From assembly GCF_006345805.1 (NCBI RefSeq), contig NC_042999.1:10850001-10914000 (forward strand): a DNA stretch of 64,000 bases. Reading direction: 5' to 3'. The DNA is from Octopus sinensis (lineage: Eukaryota). Shown piece by piece: positions 26,821-40,992 of this stretch. Position numbers and translations under genes: made by a program. The notes below the pieces were generated by a model. The model had not been told where the DNA came from and made no database searches. It was given only the letters and a program-made list of their open reading frames with translations. The stretch's first letter is position 1; every line of letters begins with the position of its first letter.

Positions 26821-27050
26821 ATGGTTTTTAATTTAGGCATGAAGGGGATGGGACTGGTTGATACCAGTGACCTCTTGACTGATGGCCGTAATAGTAGTAA
26901 AAAAAAAAAAATTGCAACAGAGAACAAACCTCTATAAAAAAATTGTTTCTTGGCATATTCTAAAATCTATTATTCTATCAAAAGGCAATCTTCTTAATAT
27001 TCAACTTGATATGGATGTTTTGTTCAGACATCAAATACTGCATTATTTAC

Positions 27051-27077
27051 CTTGAGAGGGCCTCTCGTATGGTTGGC
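27051..27077 (-). CDS. Candidate 27-nt microexon of ARHGAP39 (R-PTIREALS-R)
   Basis: TTTATTACAG|GCCAACCATACGAGAGGCCCTCTCAAG|GTAAAT; phase 2-2, open frame, GC-richer than its flanks. No homology or expression evidence. Confidence 0.4.
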
Positions 27078-30000
27078 CTGTAATAAATGACTTTCACTCA
27101 CCAACAATATGAATAGGAGCGCTTTTATGCAATTTTATCATTTCAAAATATTTTGAAAGACAGTGACAAACCATAAAATAATAGTTGGCAGCAAAGAACA
27201 TTCTTCAAAGTACAATTCTAATTTTGTAATAGTTAATCATTCTTCAAACAAATTAATGTAGTTTTTGAAAAATTCACGTATAGTCATGAATATTTATTAT
27301 TATTATTATTATTATTATAAATGTTCTTTTCCGCTGACTTGCATATTCCCCTTATAAAAATAAAAGTACAACCTACTTTCTGATGAAAATGAAAAATTAT
27401 TTATGTAGCTAATGATAACAATTTCTTTATTACAGATAGAAGATGAATAAGAAATATGTAACTTGGCAAAAAAGAAAAAAGAAAAAAAATCAGAATTATC
27501 ATTTTAACATTCTCTTTTCCATATTTGCATGTGTCATAGAAAATTTGCCTCAACAAATTTTCTATGTTCTATGGGCCAGATGCCTTTCTTGTTGCCAACC
27601 TTCATCTATTTCCAAGCAGGGTAACATTTTCCCTTTGAGTGGACATGTTTTTCACAGAAGGCTGGAAACAAATGAGACCACTTGTATAACAGTGATGCTC
27701 ATTTACAACTATCCTATAGTTTCAAGACAAGGGTACACACACACACACAGATCTTCTTTTAGTTTCTGCCTACCTAATGCACTCACATGGGAAGCAAGTT
27801 TCTTAACCACGGAGCCATGCTTGCAACGTCAATTATTTACTAAAGACAAGAGGAAATGACATATATTGAAAAACACTGAATATAGTGGGAGTTGAACTCA
27901 AAGTAAGGTCAACTTTGTATGTTATCCTTGTGAAAAGACTAAATCAAAGAGAGAGAGAGAGAGAGAGTAAGATTCTTCTTTCACAAGATAAAAAAAATGC
28001 TTCTTCACGTGCTAAAAAAAGACAAAACCACTTTACTTACTTCCATTGCAACCAAAATCACCAACAAACTGACAAATCTTAGCACAAGAGACTTTCAGGT
28101 TTTAGCACTGTATCCCACGTTCCAGTGTTCAAATCCTATTGGGAATGTCTTTACATTTCATCTCTTTCAAGAGCCAGCAAAATATATACTAATATTAAAT
28201 TTAATGACTATATATTGTAACTAATAACGGTATGTCTTTCCTTCGATCAGAAAAAAGAAAAAAAGAATAAAATCAAACACAAACATTTCCTTCATAATAG
28301 AGTGAAAATCACTTAAACAAGGAGATCTCTGCCTTTTCATGGGAAAGTTCAGACAGTATATCATCATTAGAGTTTGGAAATGTAGCTTTGTACTCGCTTC
28401 TGTAGGTTTCCAAAGTATTCATGTACGAATACATTGCTTATATAGAATGCTTCACTTTTTCCCTCCTTTTTACATCTAAATGCATAAGTGACTGTACATA
28501 CACCGAAATAATTACATCTTAGGTATTTTGATGTTATGCCAAGTCAATCTTCCTTTTTTGATATATTTATATATTTCTTGGAATTTACAAGGGATAGAGG
28601 TATTTGTATAATTCTCTGAGTTAATAAGGGATAGAGGCTGTTCAGTTTTGATGAAGGCATTTCAAATGTGCATTGGTTCTCTTCTCTGTAAGTAAAAGTA
28701 CTTTAGGTTCAAATTACTTATGAACCACAACATTACAGAAGCAACAAGAACTGCTACAAAATCATGGACCAAATATTTTGTTATAACTTGGGAAGGTCAT
28801 TATGCCAATGCACACACACTGCCTCTATTCACTTTATTATTACCCAACTAGTTAACCAATTAACTAACTGATTAATTAATTATTTGGTTAAACAATCAGC
28901 CATCTTCATCACAACCTCATCAATAATGTGTCTTCTATTCCAGCTCTGTCTGATAATAGATCTCTATAGCAACATCTCTGTTCCTGTCTCTTCTATCATC
29001 AACCTCTCAAAACTTAGCTTCATGCTACCTCCCTACCAGCTAAAGTCCCACCCAGTTGTGTGTGTGCCCCACCTACCTATACCCTCTCTTTCAAAGCTGC
29101 GTTGTGGAGTTGTAAAGCACAATGAGTTGTTTTCAGTATTGAACTAACATTCACATAGATTTTACCAAAGGTCAATTATTATCCTACTGACTGTTGCCCT
29201 TAAAAATATAAACTACAAATATAAATATAAAAGTGTTTTCAAAGTTAACTCCAAATATTTAAAATAATTAAGTGTATCCTTTTTCTTCAGTCAAAAATAT
29301 AAATGAATAATATGACCTTTCACGCTAAGACAGTTGTAAGGTTAAAAAAGAAAAAGGGTTAGCAAGCACTGATATGGTTTCCCCCTATCATAAATAGCAG
29401 AATAACAGATGGTTTTTACTGAAGTTAGAAGGGAGCAGAATGTCAAAATATAAAGATAAATATTTTTCACATGTCTTCAGATCCATGTCAAACACGTTGA
29501 TCTCCACATGACATTTACAGCATTTTCAGCTGTTCAATTTGATTTCCTTCTGTTTCGTAGGGTTTCATTTATCATTTTCTTATACAAAATATTAACAATA
29601 CTTTCCACAAAACAAGAATAGGATTATCAGATGATGCAGTTAGAATTAACTGCATCATTGACAAAAAGTTCTTGAAGGTTTGATTCTTTATAATAACAAA
29701 CTCAATGTTACATCAATCAAGAATCCACCATCAAATCAATTGAGAAATTCATGTCTTTTAGAGTTTGCTTTCTTCATTTAGAGTCTTGGCAACAAGGAAG
29801 CAATAATGAAACTTTATTCTCATTAAACATGTTCTGAGCATTGAATATCACAAAGGAATAAGAACCTTTGATGTAACTCTGTGTGGGAAGGGATCACTTT
29901 CACTTCATGCCTGGCAAACCAGATACAGGCATCAAGTCAGTGGGTTCCAGATATCTATAAAAAGGGATAAATGTGTATAAAAATCATTGTTTAACATTCA

Positions 30001-30659
30001 ATTTTTCTATTGGATCAGATGATATCCATTGAAGCAGATTTTCTACAGTGAGGTGCCTTTCCTGTCATCAAACCTCACTTGTAATATTTCCTGATGAGCA
30101 CATTTTCACACAAGACTGAAAACAAATGATACCACTCGTATGTTGTTAACATGCAATATGAAAGCAAGAAGGCATAAACACACATATTTATACACACACA
30201 CATCACTGTTTTTCTATATGATTAGAGGCTAAATGTGTCTAAGCATGTGGCTGATAGTGGATACTTACTAATGATAATCTGCAAAGACACAAATCTTGCA
30301 GTTAGTAATTCCACTATCACCGCTGGACACTTTTGGTTTGCTACAGATACTTCTGTGCTTTTTAGCATTATACTTCTATAGGAGATGCTTTCTCAAGATA
30401 AATACCCCGGTCTTCTTGCTGTCTATAGTATGTCCATGTTTAGTGAGATATACAGAATGCTATTCCAAACCAATATTGCTTCCATTGCTAATAGAATCTG
30501 TGTGTGTACGTATATAAAGTATATATAGAAAGAAGTTGTGTGAACTGGCACCCGTGATGGCATGTAAAAAACACTGTTCGCACTGTCCTGTTTTTGTTAC
30601 CACTTTCACCCTCCGCAAAAAATCCCAAATTTTATTTAATTTGCTTTGCAGGAAAGACT

Positions 30660-30851
30660 TTTTCAACGAAATCTCGTATTGTCCTTACCTACGAAATGTG
30701 GAGTAGATGAAACAGGGACAACTGATGAAGGGGAATGTTCTTTATGTTGCATGTCTCGTTTCTCGGGGGGTTTTTTTGTTGTTTGAAAAAAAGTCCATTT
30801 TCTATGTTTTCGTTTTTTCATAGTGTCTACATTTTTTGATGTCCCGTACCC
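30660..30851. mobile_element. Probable Penelope-like pseudo-LTR fragment abutting a TA/CA microsatellite
   Basis: CpG-containing block with GGACAACTGATGAAGGGG and a T-rich tract, ending abruptly at (TA)n like the 4108 element. Confidence 0.35.
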
Positions 30852-31204
30852 ACATATGCATGTATATATACATATATATATGTAGGTATGTACATATATG
30901 TACATATATGTATGCATATATTATTTTTATATATATATTGTTGCATATGAAGATGGTTTCAGGTTGCCTATTAATTATTTGCTCTTTACAAAGAATAATT
31001 TCGTGTTTCTCTGAAACGCAAGTTACAACCCTGGGATTGTCCATCGTAGGGTTCAGTACTTCTCAATATAGACTATTTTGATGTATACTTCATTTCAATT
31101 TCCAGATGAGATGCACTAGTGAAGTGCAACAACTCTTGCATTCATTGGAAAAAGATGCGATGTGGTTTCTCACATCACATCTGCCTGCTCTTCACATTTA
31201 TATA

Positions 31205-31995
31205 CAGAGCTCTTTCAAGTGTTGGTCTTCACAGAGGCAATGGCCAAGACCTTTGGCATTGTGTCGTGTTTGAGAAGAACACCCATCAAGCCGTGCAAAA
31301 TCGCAGTCATAGCAGATACTGGCATCATGCAAATTGGCACATAAACGCACCCTGGTGTCATACAAATGGCATCTATGCTGGTGGCACGTTAAAGCACCCA
31401 TTACACTCTTGGAGTGGTTGGCGTTAGGAAGGGCATCCAGCCATAGAAACCATGCCAAATCCGACTGGAGCTTGGTGCAGCCTTCCAGCCTTGCCAGCCG
31501 CGATCAAACCATCCAACTCATGCCATCAGGGTGTGTTTCATGCCACCGGCACAGGTACAAATTTGTGCAACACTGGTACCTGCCACAACTGTGATTTTAC
31601 TTGACTCGATGGGTCTTCTTCTCAAGCATGACATGATGCCAAAGACCTCGGTCATTGCCTCTGTGAGACCCAACACTCGAAAAGAGCTCAGCCACTTTAC
31701 CTCCATGAGGTTCAATGCTTAGAAGGTGCTTTTTATGTGCCAGTTATGTGACACCAGCATCAACCACAACTGCAATTTCAATTGGCTTGACGGATCTTCT
31801 GAAGCATGGCATATTGCTAAAGGTCTCAGGCACTAGTCATTGCCTCTATGAGGTCCAAAGTCCAAAGATCATGCTTCACTACCTCGTCCCATGTCTTCCT
31901 GGGTCTACCTCTACCACAGGCCCCTTCCACAGTTAGATATCACTTCTTTACACTGCTGTCCTTGTCCATATGCATCACATGACCACACCAGCACA
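31205..31995. mobile_element. Rearranged RTE 3' fragment with an internal inversion
   Basis: 31530-31995 is the minus-strand ORF end plus a duplicated end; 31205-31525 is the plus-strand ORF-end duplicate plus tail. Confidence 0.7.
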
Positions 31996-33748
31996 GTTTA
32001 TTATTTTTGACCCCGATTCATTTTTTGCCTTATTTTCACCTTTCAGGCTTTTATTTCGATATCCCAGTTTTAGTTTATTCATTTTTTGTGTTATTTAATT
32101 TATGCATATGATTTTAATATTTTAAGTGGTGTGAAGTTGTGTCTGCTAATTTTACTTTGTGTCTGTTAAAAATTTTGTAGTACCAACTTGACCTAGGAAA
32201 ACATCTATTGAACGCAGAGAAAAATTCATATCCAATTTAGAATTCAATTTGTAATCCATATATCAGATTGCACCAGATTGTGTCATCATTGTTTTTCTAT
32301 TTTGTTTATTGTAGCTATTTGCTCTTTTTGTCTATGTTATTCTTATATTTACCCAACATTTGATATTTTCACCTCCCATTTTCATTTCCCTCTTTGTTTC
32401 CTTGGATGTGTGTATGTGTGTTATAATGTATTTTAAAACATATCTATAGAATTATTAGTCAATACTGGGTTACAACCATTGTTAACAATACATCTGTAAC
32501 AATATAGCCACGGACAGAAAAGAGAGAACAGCTGTATGTATGCTTTGATTCTCACTGGAATCTTAATTAGCCACCTTAACTTTCCTTAAATATCTACAAA
32601 TACATTTCTTATATATTCCCTAAGATTAATGAGGAAAATAAACTAAATTAGCCTATTTAAACTATTAGCCTATTTTAGCCCTTTTCTAGGCAGCTAGATG
32701 AGATATTATTAATTTACTGGTTTGTTTCATTTCATTGCAACTATACACAATAGAACAGATCTGTGTGTGTGTGTGTGTAGGTAGGTAGGTAGAGAGAGAG
32801 ATGTACTTAAGAGCTAATTTTTAGTTGGTTTTGTAGGCTTATTATTATCCTGTATTGACACCAAACTCAAATGCACTAATGCAAGTGTGTCATTCTGTTA
32901 ACATATGCCAAAATTGCTTTGGTCTTCATTCAACAGCCGATGAAAGAGTATGGTGGTTTTGTTTCTACCTTGTTTTGTATATTTTACTTGTTGCCCATGC
33001 TAAATTTCCGTTAAGAGATAAGTATTTAGTGACCACACTAGTGCTAGTGTTACCAAAAAAAAAAAGGCACCCAGTACAGTCTCTGAAGTAGTTGACATTA
33101 GGAAGGGTATCCAACTGAAGCAACCAGGCCAAAGCAGACACTGGAGCAAAACGCAGTCCTCCAGCTCATTGGAACCTATCAACCTATTCAACCCATGCAA
33201 ACATGGAAGATAAATGTAGGATGATGAAGATGATGATGATGATGACCTTGGGTGCGTGTGTGTGTGCACGCACACACGTGTTATCAGTTGATTATCAGAG
33301 AAAAAGCAAACTTATGAAAAGTATATTTTTGTTTTACCAATCAGTAGCATATTACTATTGATCATCAAACAACTGGTCAGAATGTTGCCATCAGTTTTGT
33401 GCCAACTGTAGCACTTGGAAATATTGATGACTCTTCAGACACACAGAGCTGAATAAATAAAGTGTGTGTGTGTGTGTGTGTGTATGCCATCATCATTATT
33501 TATGATCTGTATTCCATGTTGGGATGGGTTGGCTACGATGACAGGATCAGATTAGTCACATGGCTGCATAGGTCCCCAATGTCTCTTTTGGCAAGGTTTC
33601 TACAGCTGAATGCCCTTTCTAATACCCAACACTTAACAGTGTACTGGGGGCTTTTATTTAGTGAGCTCACCAAGTGGGGGAAGAGGAACTGATGCTGTAG
33701 AGGAGATACATGGCTGACCCAGCTGGAAAGGGAGAATAGATGGAGATA

Positions 33749-33796
<48 letters not shown>

Positions 33797-34047
33797 GATG
33801 TGTGTGTGTATGTGTATACAAATATGTGTGTGTGTGTGTGTAATCAATGCGAGGATATCTTGTCCTCATAAGGGACTACTACATCCAAATTTTCACTTGT
33901 CTAATCACCAACACCATGCAGGAAAGTCTTTTCCATATGCATGGGATTATCATATGTATAAATAGGATTAAAGAAAAAGAATGGAGAGTTGGAAAGGATG
34001 TAAAATTAATTTAGTAACATACTGCCAAAATAATATATATATATATA

Positions 34048-34436
34048 GGCGCAGGAGTGGCTGTGTGGTAAGTAGCTTGCTTACCAACCACATGGTTCCG
34101 GGTTCAGTCCCACTGCGTGGCACCTTGGGCAAGTGTCTTCTGCTATAGCCCCGGGACGACCAATGCCTTGTGAGTGGATTTGGTAGACAGAAACTGAAAG
34201 AAGCCCGTCGTATATATGTATGTATATATATGTGTGTGTGTGTTTGTCCCCCTAACATTGCTTGACAACCGATGCTGGTGTGTTTACGTTCCCGTCACTT
34301 AGCGGTTCGGCAAAAGAGACCGATAGAATAAGTACTGGGCTTACAAAGAATAAGTCCTGGGGTCGATTTGCTCGACTAAAGGCGGTGCTCCAGCATAGCC
34401 GCAGTCAAATGACTGAAAAGAGTAAAAGAGTAAAGA

Positions 34437-34437
<1 letters not shown>
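34048..34437 (+). mobile_element. tRNA-derived SINE family A (octopus OR-like), young full-length copy
   Basis: GGCGCAGGAGTGGCTGTGTGGTAAG (A box) ... GGTTCAGTCCCAC (B box), internal (TA/TG)n, 3' CAGTC-AAAT-GACTG hairpin and GTAAAAGA repeats; flanked by (TA)n. Confidence 0.9.
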
Positions 34438-34516
<79 letters not shown>

Positions 34517-36194
34517 GGGGGAGTGCACTGATCAACATTTACAAAATAATTCAATGTATGCTATAGTAATGGCAGATTTAAAAAAGAATGAAAGGGACCA
34601 TATCTAATGCTTCTAAATTCAAATTTCATTCCACACCATTAGTAACTTGAAAGAAATTGAGCTCTAACAGCTATTGTTGGCTCAACTCTTTTCTCTGCCA
34701 CCATGCCATACTAATTCCATATATATAAATATATATATATACCTCATTAACTTTATTTGTAACTTATTTTATATAATAGCATGACATAGATGTCAATAAT
34801 GATTAAAGAATGATAAGAGGAGAAACAATTGTTTATTCAGTACCACCTTATTTCTTATCTAAAAATAAGACAGATGAATGGTAGGAGAGGTAAAGAGTCC
34901 AGAGAGGAGACAGTGTAGAAAATGACACAGTTTGGAAAAATCAATACAACACGTGCTTCTCTTCTTACTTAAACATAGAAACATTTTCACATTTGATACA
35001 CTTTATCTATAAGCATCCAAGTGCTTTTTTTAAAGAAATGTATTAATTTAAAATCAATACTATCTTAATATAGATACATTAGTAAGGTGATAGTATGTAG
35101 CTTAGAGCAAATACGATTCCTCCTTATGGAACATCACTTACCCAGGACTTTTAACTTATAAGTTCCATTAGCAAGTTAATTCGAATGCATAGGTTAAACA
35201 AGGAGATGGGTAGTTTGTCAATTAGGAGGAAAACATGCTTTTATCAACTAACTTTTAATAACTAACCAACACTGCAAACATAGGAAAACTAATCAATAGC
35301 TTTGTTAGTTCCAGTGGACAGTCTATTTTATCTCATAATTGAAAGGATCATGGATGTCCAACCCTATCCAAAATACCACAAAACAACTAACAAAAGGCTC
35401 TGGTTCTTATTTCTATTATAAGAAACAATCCCTAATACTTATCACAAAAATCTGTCTGCTTTAGGACCATAAAACATAACTAGAGATTACTGATTACACA
35501 CACACACACAAATATGGGTTCCATTCTTATCTGTGTTTCATGTGAAATTAGTCTTGTATTTTTACATTCATATACTGATAATATTCATTTATTCGGCTAA
35601 ATTTAAAATTCTTAGTTTGTCACTTACATTTTGGTTACAAGAGTTTCGCATTTCTAGAATTGTCACATTATATCCCATCACCAGATACAGGAATATGGAA
35701 ACCCAATCGTCATTTTTTTTACCAAAATTCTATTTTCTAAGTACAACAATATTCTCTGAAGCCACCACTTATGGCATTCTGCCTTCATCTTTCTTCTCCT
35801 TTTTTTTTCTATGTGAAAGAATGCAAAAAATATTTCATACGCCTCCAACATAATTAAATGCAGAAGAATGATACAGAAATCAAAATGGTTTCTCACAAAT
35901 CCACAACTGACCTCAGGACCACAACTGACTCCCCTGCTATAATTTACTTTACCCTTACAACTGACTACATCTTTTGAAAGGAGAGTAACATCAATTGAGT
36001 CAATCTTAGTACCTAGCGGGTATTTATTCATTGACCCCTAAAGAATGATAAATAAAACTGATTTTAACAAATATTACAATTCACGGCATTGAGATATGAA
36101 ACATTAATAAGTAAAGGACACCATACCTTTTTCTATAGCCAAAGTAATAAAAATTCTCATGTGTAACCAATAAAAACAAATATTAAATTTTAGA

Positions 36195-36660
36195 TCATCA
36201 TCATTTAATGCCCGCTTTCCATGCTAGCATGGGTTGGATGATTTGACTGAGGTCTGGCGGACCAGACTCCAATCTGATCTGGCAGAGTTTCTACAGCTGG
36301 ATGCCCTTCCTAACACCAACCACTCCAAGAGTGTAGTGGGTGCTTTTATGTGCCACCGGCACGAGGGCCAGTTTGGTGGTACTGGCAACCGCCACGCCCA
36401 AATGGTGCTTTTTATGTGCCACCTGCACAGGAGCCAGTCCAGCGGCACTGGCGACAACCTCGCTCGAATGTTTCACATGCCACCAACACAAGTGCTAGTA
36501 AAGCGACACGGTAACAATCACGCTTGGATGGTGTGTTTGACGTGCCATCAGCACGAAGGCCAGCTTGTTGCTCTGGCAACAATCTCACTCGTATGGTACT
36601 CTTAGTGCTCCACTAGCAACGGATGCCAGTCACCGAGTTTGATTTCGACTTCGATTTAGA
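36195..36660 (-). mobile_element. RTE 3' UTR/tail with degenerate ~60-bp repeats
   Basis: Same tail core, plus GGTGCTTTTTATGTGCCACC units. Confidence 0.8.
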
Positions 36661-39555
36661 TGGTTGTGCAAAAGAGCAATGGTTTTATTTTGAAGAATCT
36701 GGTAAAAGTTAAATTCTTAAGTAGCCAATAATTCAATTTACTAAATTTGTCAAGTCAAATGATCCAATGTAATTCCATTTTGATATCAAACTACCTAAGT
36801 CAAACCTGTGCACCCAACTAAGATTTTAAATATTTCCTGTACACAGTACTGCAGTACTGGCTAAACATTGAAATATTTCTTCTTGCCCTGTGAATAATTC
36901 AATTACAAGCAAAATAAATAATAAAAATAAAACTTGTTTTATTTTTCTCACACAAAATTAGGTTCCAGTAATACTTTTCCCCAATGCAGCACTACTAAAA
37001 AATCAAAGCACTTTTAAATAGGTGAGATTCCAAAAATTCAACAACAGTAATATCTTTTATATAAAGAGTTCAAGGCTGATATTCATGGCCATTTAAATAG
37101 GTGTAACAGTAACATTACTTAAAAACAGACTGGCTTTTAAAAAAAAACATTTTCTAAGGAAATTACTAAAAACTAGTTATTACCAAGTACTCGCACTTGT
37201 AGTTGAAATTCAAATGAAAGCAGCTTTATTTGCCTTATATAGCTAAATAATGATAATGGTGTCAAATTGTAGCACAAGGTCAGCATGTAATTAGGAATGG
37301 TGATGGGGGGGGGGGGCAATTATATAAATCCAGTATTTGAATGGAGTTTGAACTCAGAACATAAAGACAGACAAAATGCTGCTAAGCATTTTGCCTGGCA
37401 TGCAAACAATTCTACCAGCTTGCCGCCTTATTAATGATAATAATAATAACTAACAAACATTATTTCTGAGAGACAGTAATCTCACAATACGGTGGACTGT
37501 CTTTTCCAGGTAACCTTAGAAAATGTAATTCTTATATTATTCTTATATCATTGTCCTCATTATGTTAACGTCCACTTTTCCAAGATTGCATGGATCAGAC
37601 AGAATCCATTGAAGAAGGTATCCTGCAGAGGATGCTCTTCCTAACAACACCTCTTACCTGTTTGCAAACAAAGGTATCATTTCCCTACAGCTACACATTT
37701 ATGTGGAAGACTGGAAACAAAGAACACCATTTGTCTGAGGTGACACTTGTTTATGACTATTGTGTGATGTTCAGACAAAACACACATCTATTGTGGTCCC
37801 ACTCAGTTGAAAGGGATCTTAGTCTTACAAGCTATGTGGCAACCTCATTAGTGCTGGTGCCATGAAAAAAAGCACCCTGTACTCTCTGTAAAGTAGATGG
37901 AGTTAGAAAAGATATCCCGCAATAGAAGCCCTGGCAAAATAGACACTGGAGCACAATGCACTCCTCTGACCTGTATGATCCTGTCAAACCATCCAGCACA
38001 AGTCAGCATGAAAGTTGCAGATAAAAAGATGATTATTTAAAGCTAAATTTTTTGCACTGGTACAATATCTTATAACATGTAAGTTTCACAGGAGAGAAGA
38101 ATAAGATTATGAAGCTTTCATGCCTCTCTCTTAAAGTCAGTAACTGTGGACTTGGCTCATATTACAAATGTTACTTTTGGAGACATTTGAAAATATTTCT
38201 GTAGGAAACCTCTTTGAACATACACATTACAACAAAATGCATACATCATCATTTATCATAGATGACTACCATTTCCTACTCAACAATAAATTGTCTTCCC
38301 TCCTATACGGTTATCCTTGCCCTCCAAAGTTCTTCAGTTTTATAGAGAATTTAAGAGAAAACAAAACTCATTAGAATATATAAACTAAAAACAAACATTT
38401 CAGTATGATTCTGTGCATAATTTATTCTTTTAATTGATGCACGCTTTATTCCTTCTCTTAATATATTCAAATGTTTGAGTTTAAAAAAAAAAGGGGGAAA
38501 AGCAAATACTCTAAATTTTGACAGAATATTTCTCAGAAAATGTTTATTTATGAGCTACAATGTTTAGGAAAGTGTGGTAATTCTGTTTTAATTTTTCTAT
38601 TTTAACAGAATCTCCATAATAGGTTGACTATTCATCTTGAAAGACCTATATATGAAATATACATCAAAGTCTAATGAAACCAGCTCCATAGAATATCTCT
38701 ACACAAAACAAAAATCAACTTTTTGTTTTACCAGATTATTTAGATATGGAAATAGACTTCCTCGGAATTCTTTTAAACAGAATATGGTTTCATATTAAAG
38801 AACAATTTGCAATTCCCTCTAAAGATTAATAACAGTGAAATATTAACAGAGCAGTGACAGCTCTAATACTGCTTCAAACTTGTTCCTCTTTTAACACAAT
38901 AAACTCTCTCTCCTCTGCTAAAATGTCATTGTCACCATATTTACATATCATGAGTTATAGCTTTATATAAAATAGGTTTGTTTCATTCTGCTTCTTTTTA
39001 TATGTAATTAGTGGCAACTATAAAAATACATTTGTATATGCAGAGCATAAAAGAGACAGGATGTGTGTTTTGTGATGAAATTTGGAGAGAGAGAGAGGAG
39101 GGGGAGGGAGGGAGTGTGCGTGCATATATAGCTGTTGCTTTTATAAAATTAAATGGTGCCAGCATAGCCATGTGGTAAAGAAGATTCCCGGCCACATGAT
39201 TTTGAAACACCACTGTGTGGCAACTTAAGTAGGTATCTTCTCCTATAGACCTTGGCCAGCAAAAGCCTTGTATGTGTGCGTGTGTGTGCATGCATGTCTG
39301 TATGTACTCAGATTTTGGCATCACACGATGGTTGGGAGTATTATCATCATACAAGTGATGTTGCTCACTTCCAAAATTCTGCAAAAACATGTCTGGTCAG
39401 TGAAGGCATCTGGCTACAAAAATTTGCCTCAGCAAATTTCATCTGGGAAAAAAAGCGCGGGGGGGGGGCATTAAAAAAACTACAATGATGATTATTTAGA
39501 TCAGCATGTACGTTTGACATTTCTGTGTTGTACGTTGATACATCTATACATACAT

Positions 39556-39780
39556 ATTTCTTTATTAGCCACAAGGGGCTAAACACAGAGGGGACAAACA
39601 AGGACAGACATAGGTATTAAGTCAATTACATTGACCCCAGTGCATAACTGGTACTTAATTTATCGACCCCAAAAGGATGAAAGGCAAAGTCAACCACGGC
39701 AGAATTTGAACTCAGAACGTAACGGCAGACGAAATACGGCTACACATTTCGCCCGGTGTGCTAACCATTCTGCCAGCTCA
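39556..39780 (-). mobile_element. SINE family B
   Basis: Reverse complement of 18412-18632. Confidence 0.8.
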
Positions 39781-39994
39781 CATCTATACATACAACCAAA
39801 CTATAGCTTTTGTAGTGAAAAAGGTAAATGTTTGTATGGTAGTATGTGAACAGTGTCAAATTATATATGTAAAGCAGTAAGAAGTGAATGCTGAGGATAT
39901 ATAATAGTTTACTTGCAAAGCATGTAAGAATGGGAAAATTGGATGTAGTATGGTGCATCAACACAGAAGTACTGAGATACTCAACTGACTATTT

Positions 39995-40187
39995 CATCTT
40001 TCATTTGCTTCAGTCATTAGACTGTGGCCATGCTACGCCATCACCTTGAATTTTCAGTCAACTGGATCAATCCCAAAACTTTTTTCTTTAAAACCTGGCA
40101 CTTATTTTATTGGGGTTTTTTCTGCCTAACCAATAAGTTATGGGAACATAAATACATTAACACTAGTTGGCAAGCAGTGGTAAGGGA

Positions 40188-40228
<41 letters not shown>

Positions 40229-40372
40229 ATGCAATGGGATTCATCCAAATCCACTCACAAACCTATGGTAGATCCAAGGCTATAGAAGATACTTGCTCAA
40301 GGTATCATGCAACGGGACTGAACACACAACCATATGGTTGCAAAGCAAACTTCTTACTACACAGCCATTCCA
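39995..40372 (-). mobile_element. SINE family A, old copy
   Basis: Diverged but colinear with 6100-6495. Confidence 0.7.
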
Positions 40373-40960
40373 TGCCCTTTTCCACCACCACCACCACCAC
40401 ACCACCACCACCACATCTTCTCATCCTCAATCCATATTCTCTCTTAAACTCACCTTCTTGTAAAAGACACCTCGTTACCAACATTTCCAGCCACTCCCAC
40501 CCACTCTTATGCAAGGTAGCTACGTATCTTCTTTGTAGCAAGACACTTGTGCCTGTCCCTCTATCAATACCTGGCATAACACCAGCCCTCACTCGGAGAT
40601 GGCAGCTTACTTGATGACTTCACTGGTGCCAATGTCACAGAAAAGGCACTCAGCACACTTGTAGAGTGGTTGGTGTTAGGAAGGGAATCAAGCCATAGAA
40701 ACTAAACCAAAACAGCTCGACACAGTCTTCTGGCTTGCTGGATCCTGTCAAACCGTCCAACCCATGCCGTCATAGGAAATTAATGTTAAATGATACAGTG
40801 TTTTGAAGCCCTATAGACATCTATAAAGAGCTTGAGTAGCTCAAATAGCTTTATGAATGCCAACAACTTATGCTGGGGTTTATTTCGATTTTTAAGTAAA
40901 GAAAACTGAAAATAGATTAATGGGTCATTTCCAAAACTTCAAAATGTCTCTCTCTCTCTC

Positions 40961-40992
<32 letters not shown>

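Noticed and set aside
30700-30745. Hammerhead core CTGATGA in the Penelope-like fragment
   Set aside because: No downstream helix II plus GAAA could be fitted.
34048-34125. tRNA gene
   Set aside because: tRNA-like A/B boxes form the head of a multi-copy SINE; no complete cloverleaf or terminator.
35130-35200. Strong minus-strand donor TGG|GTAAGT
   Set aside because: No suitable acceptor or open compatible frame upstream.
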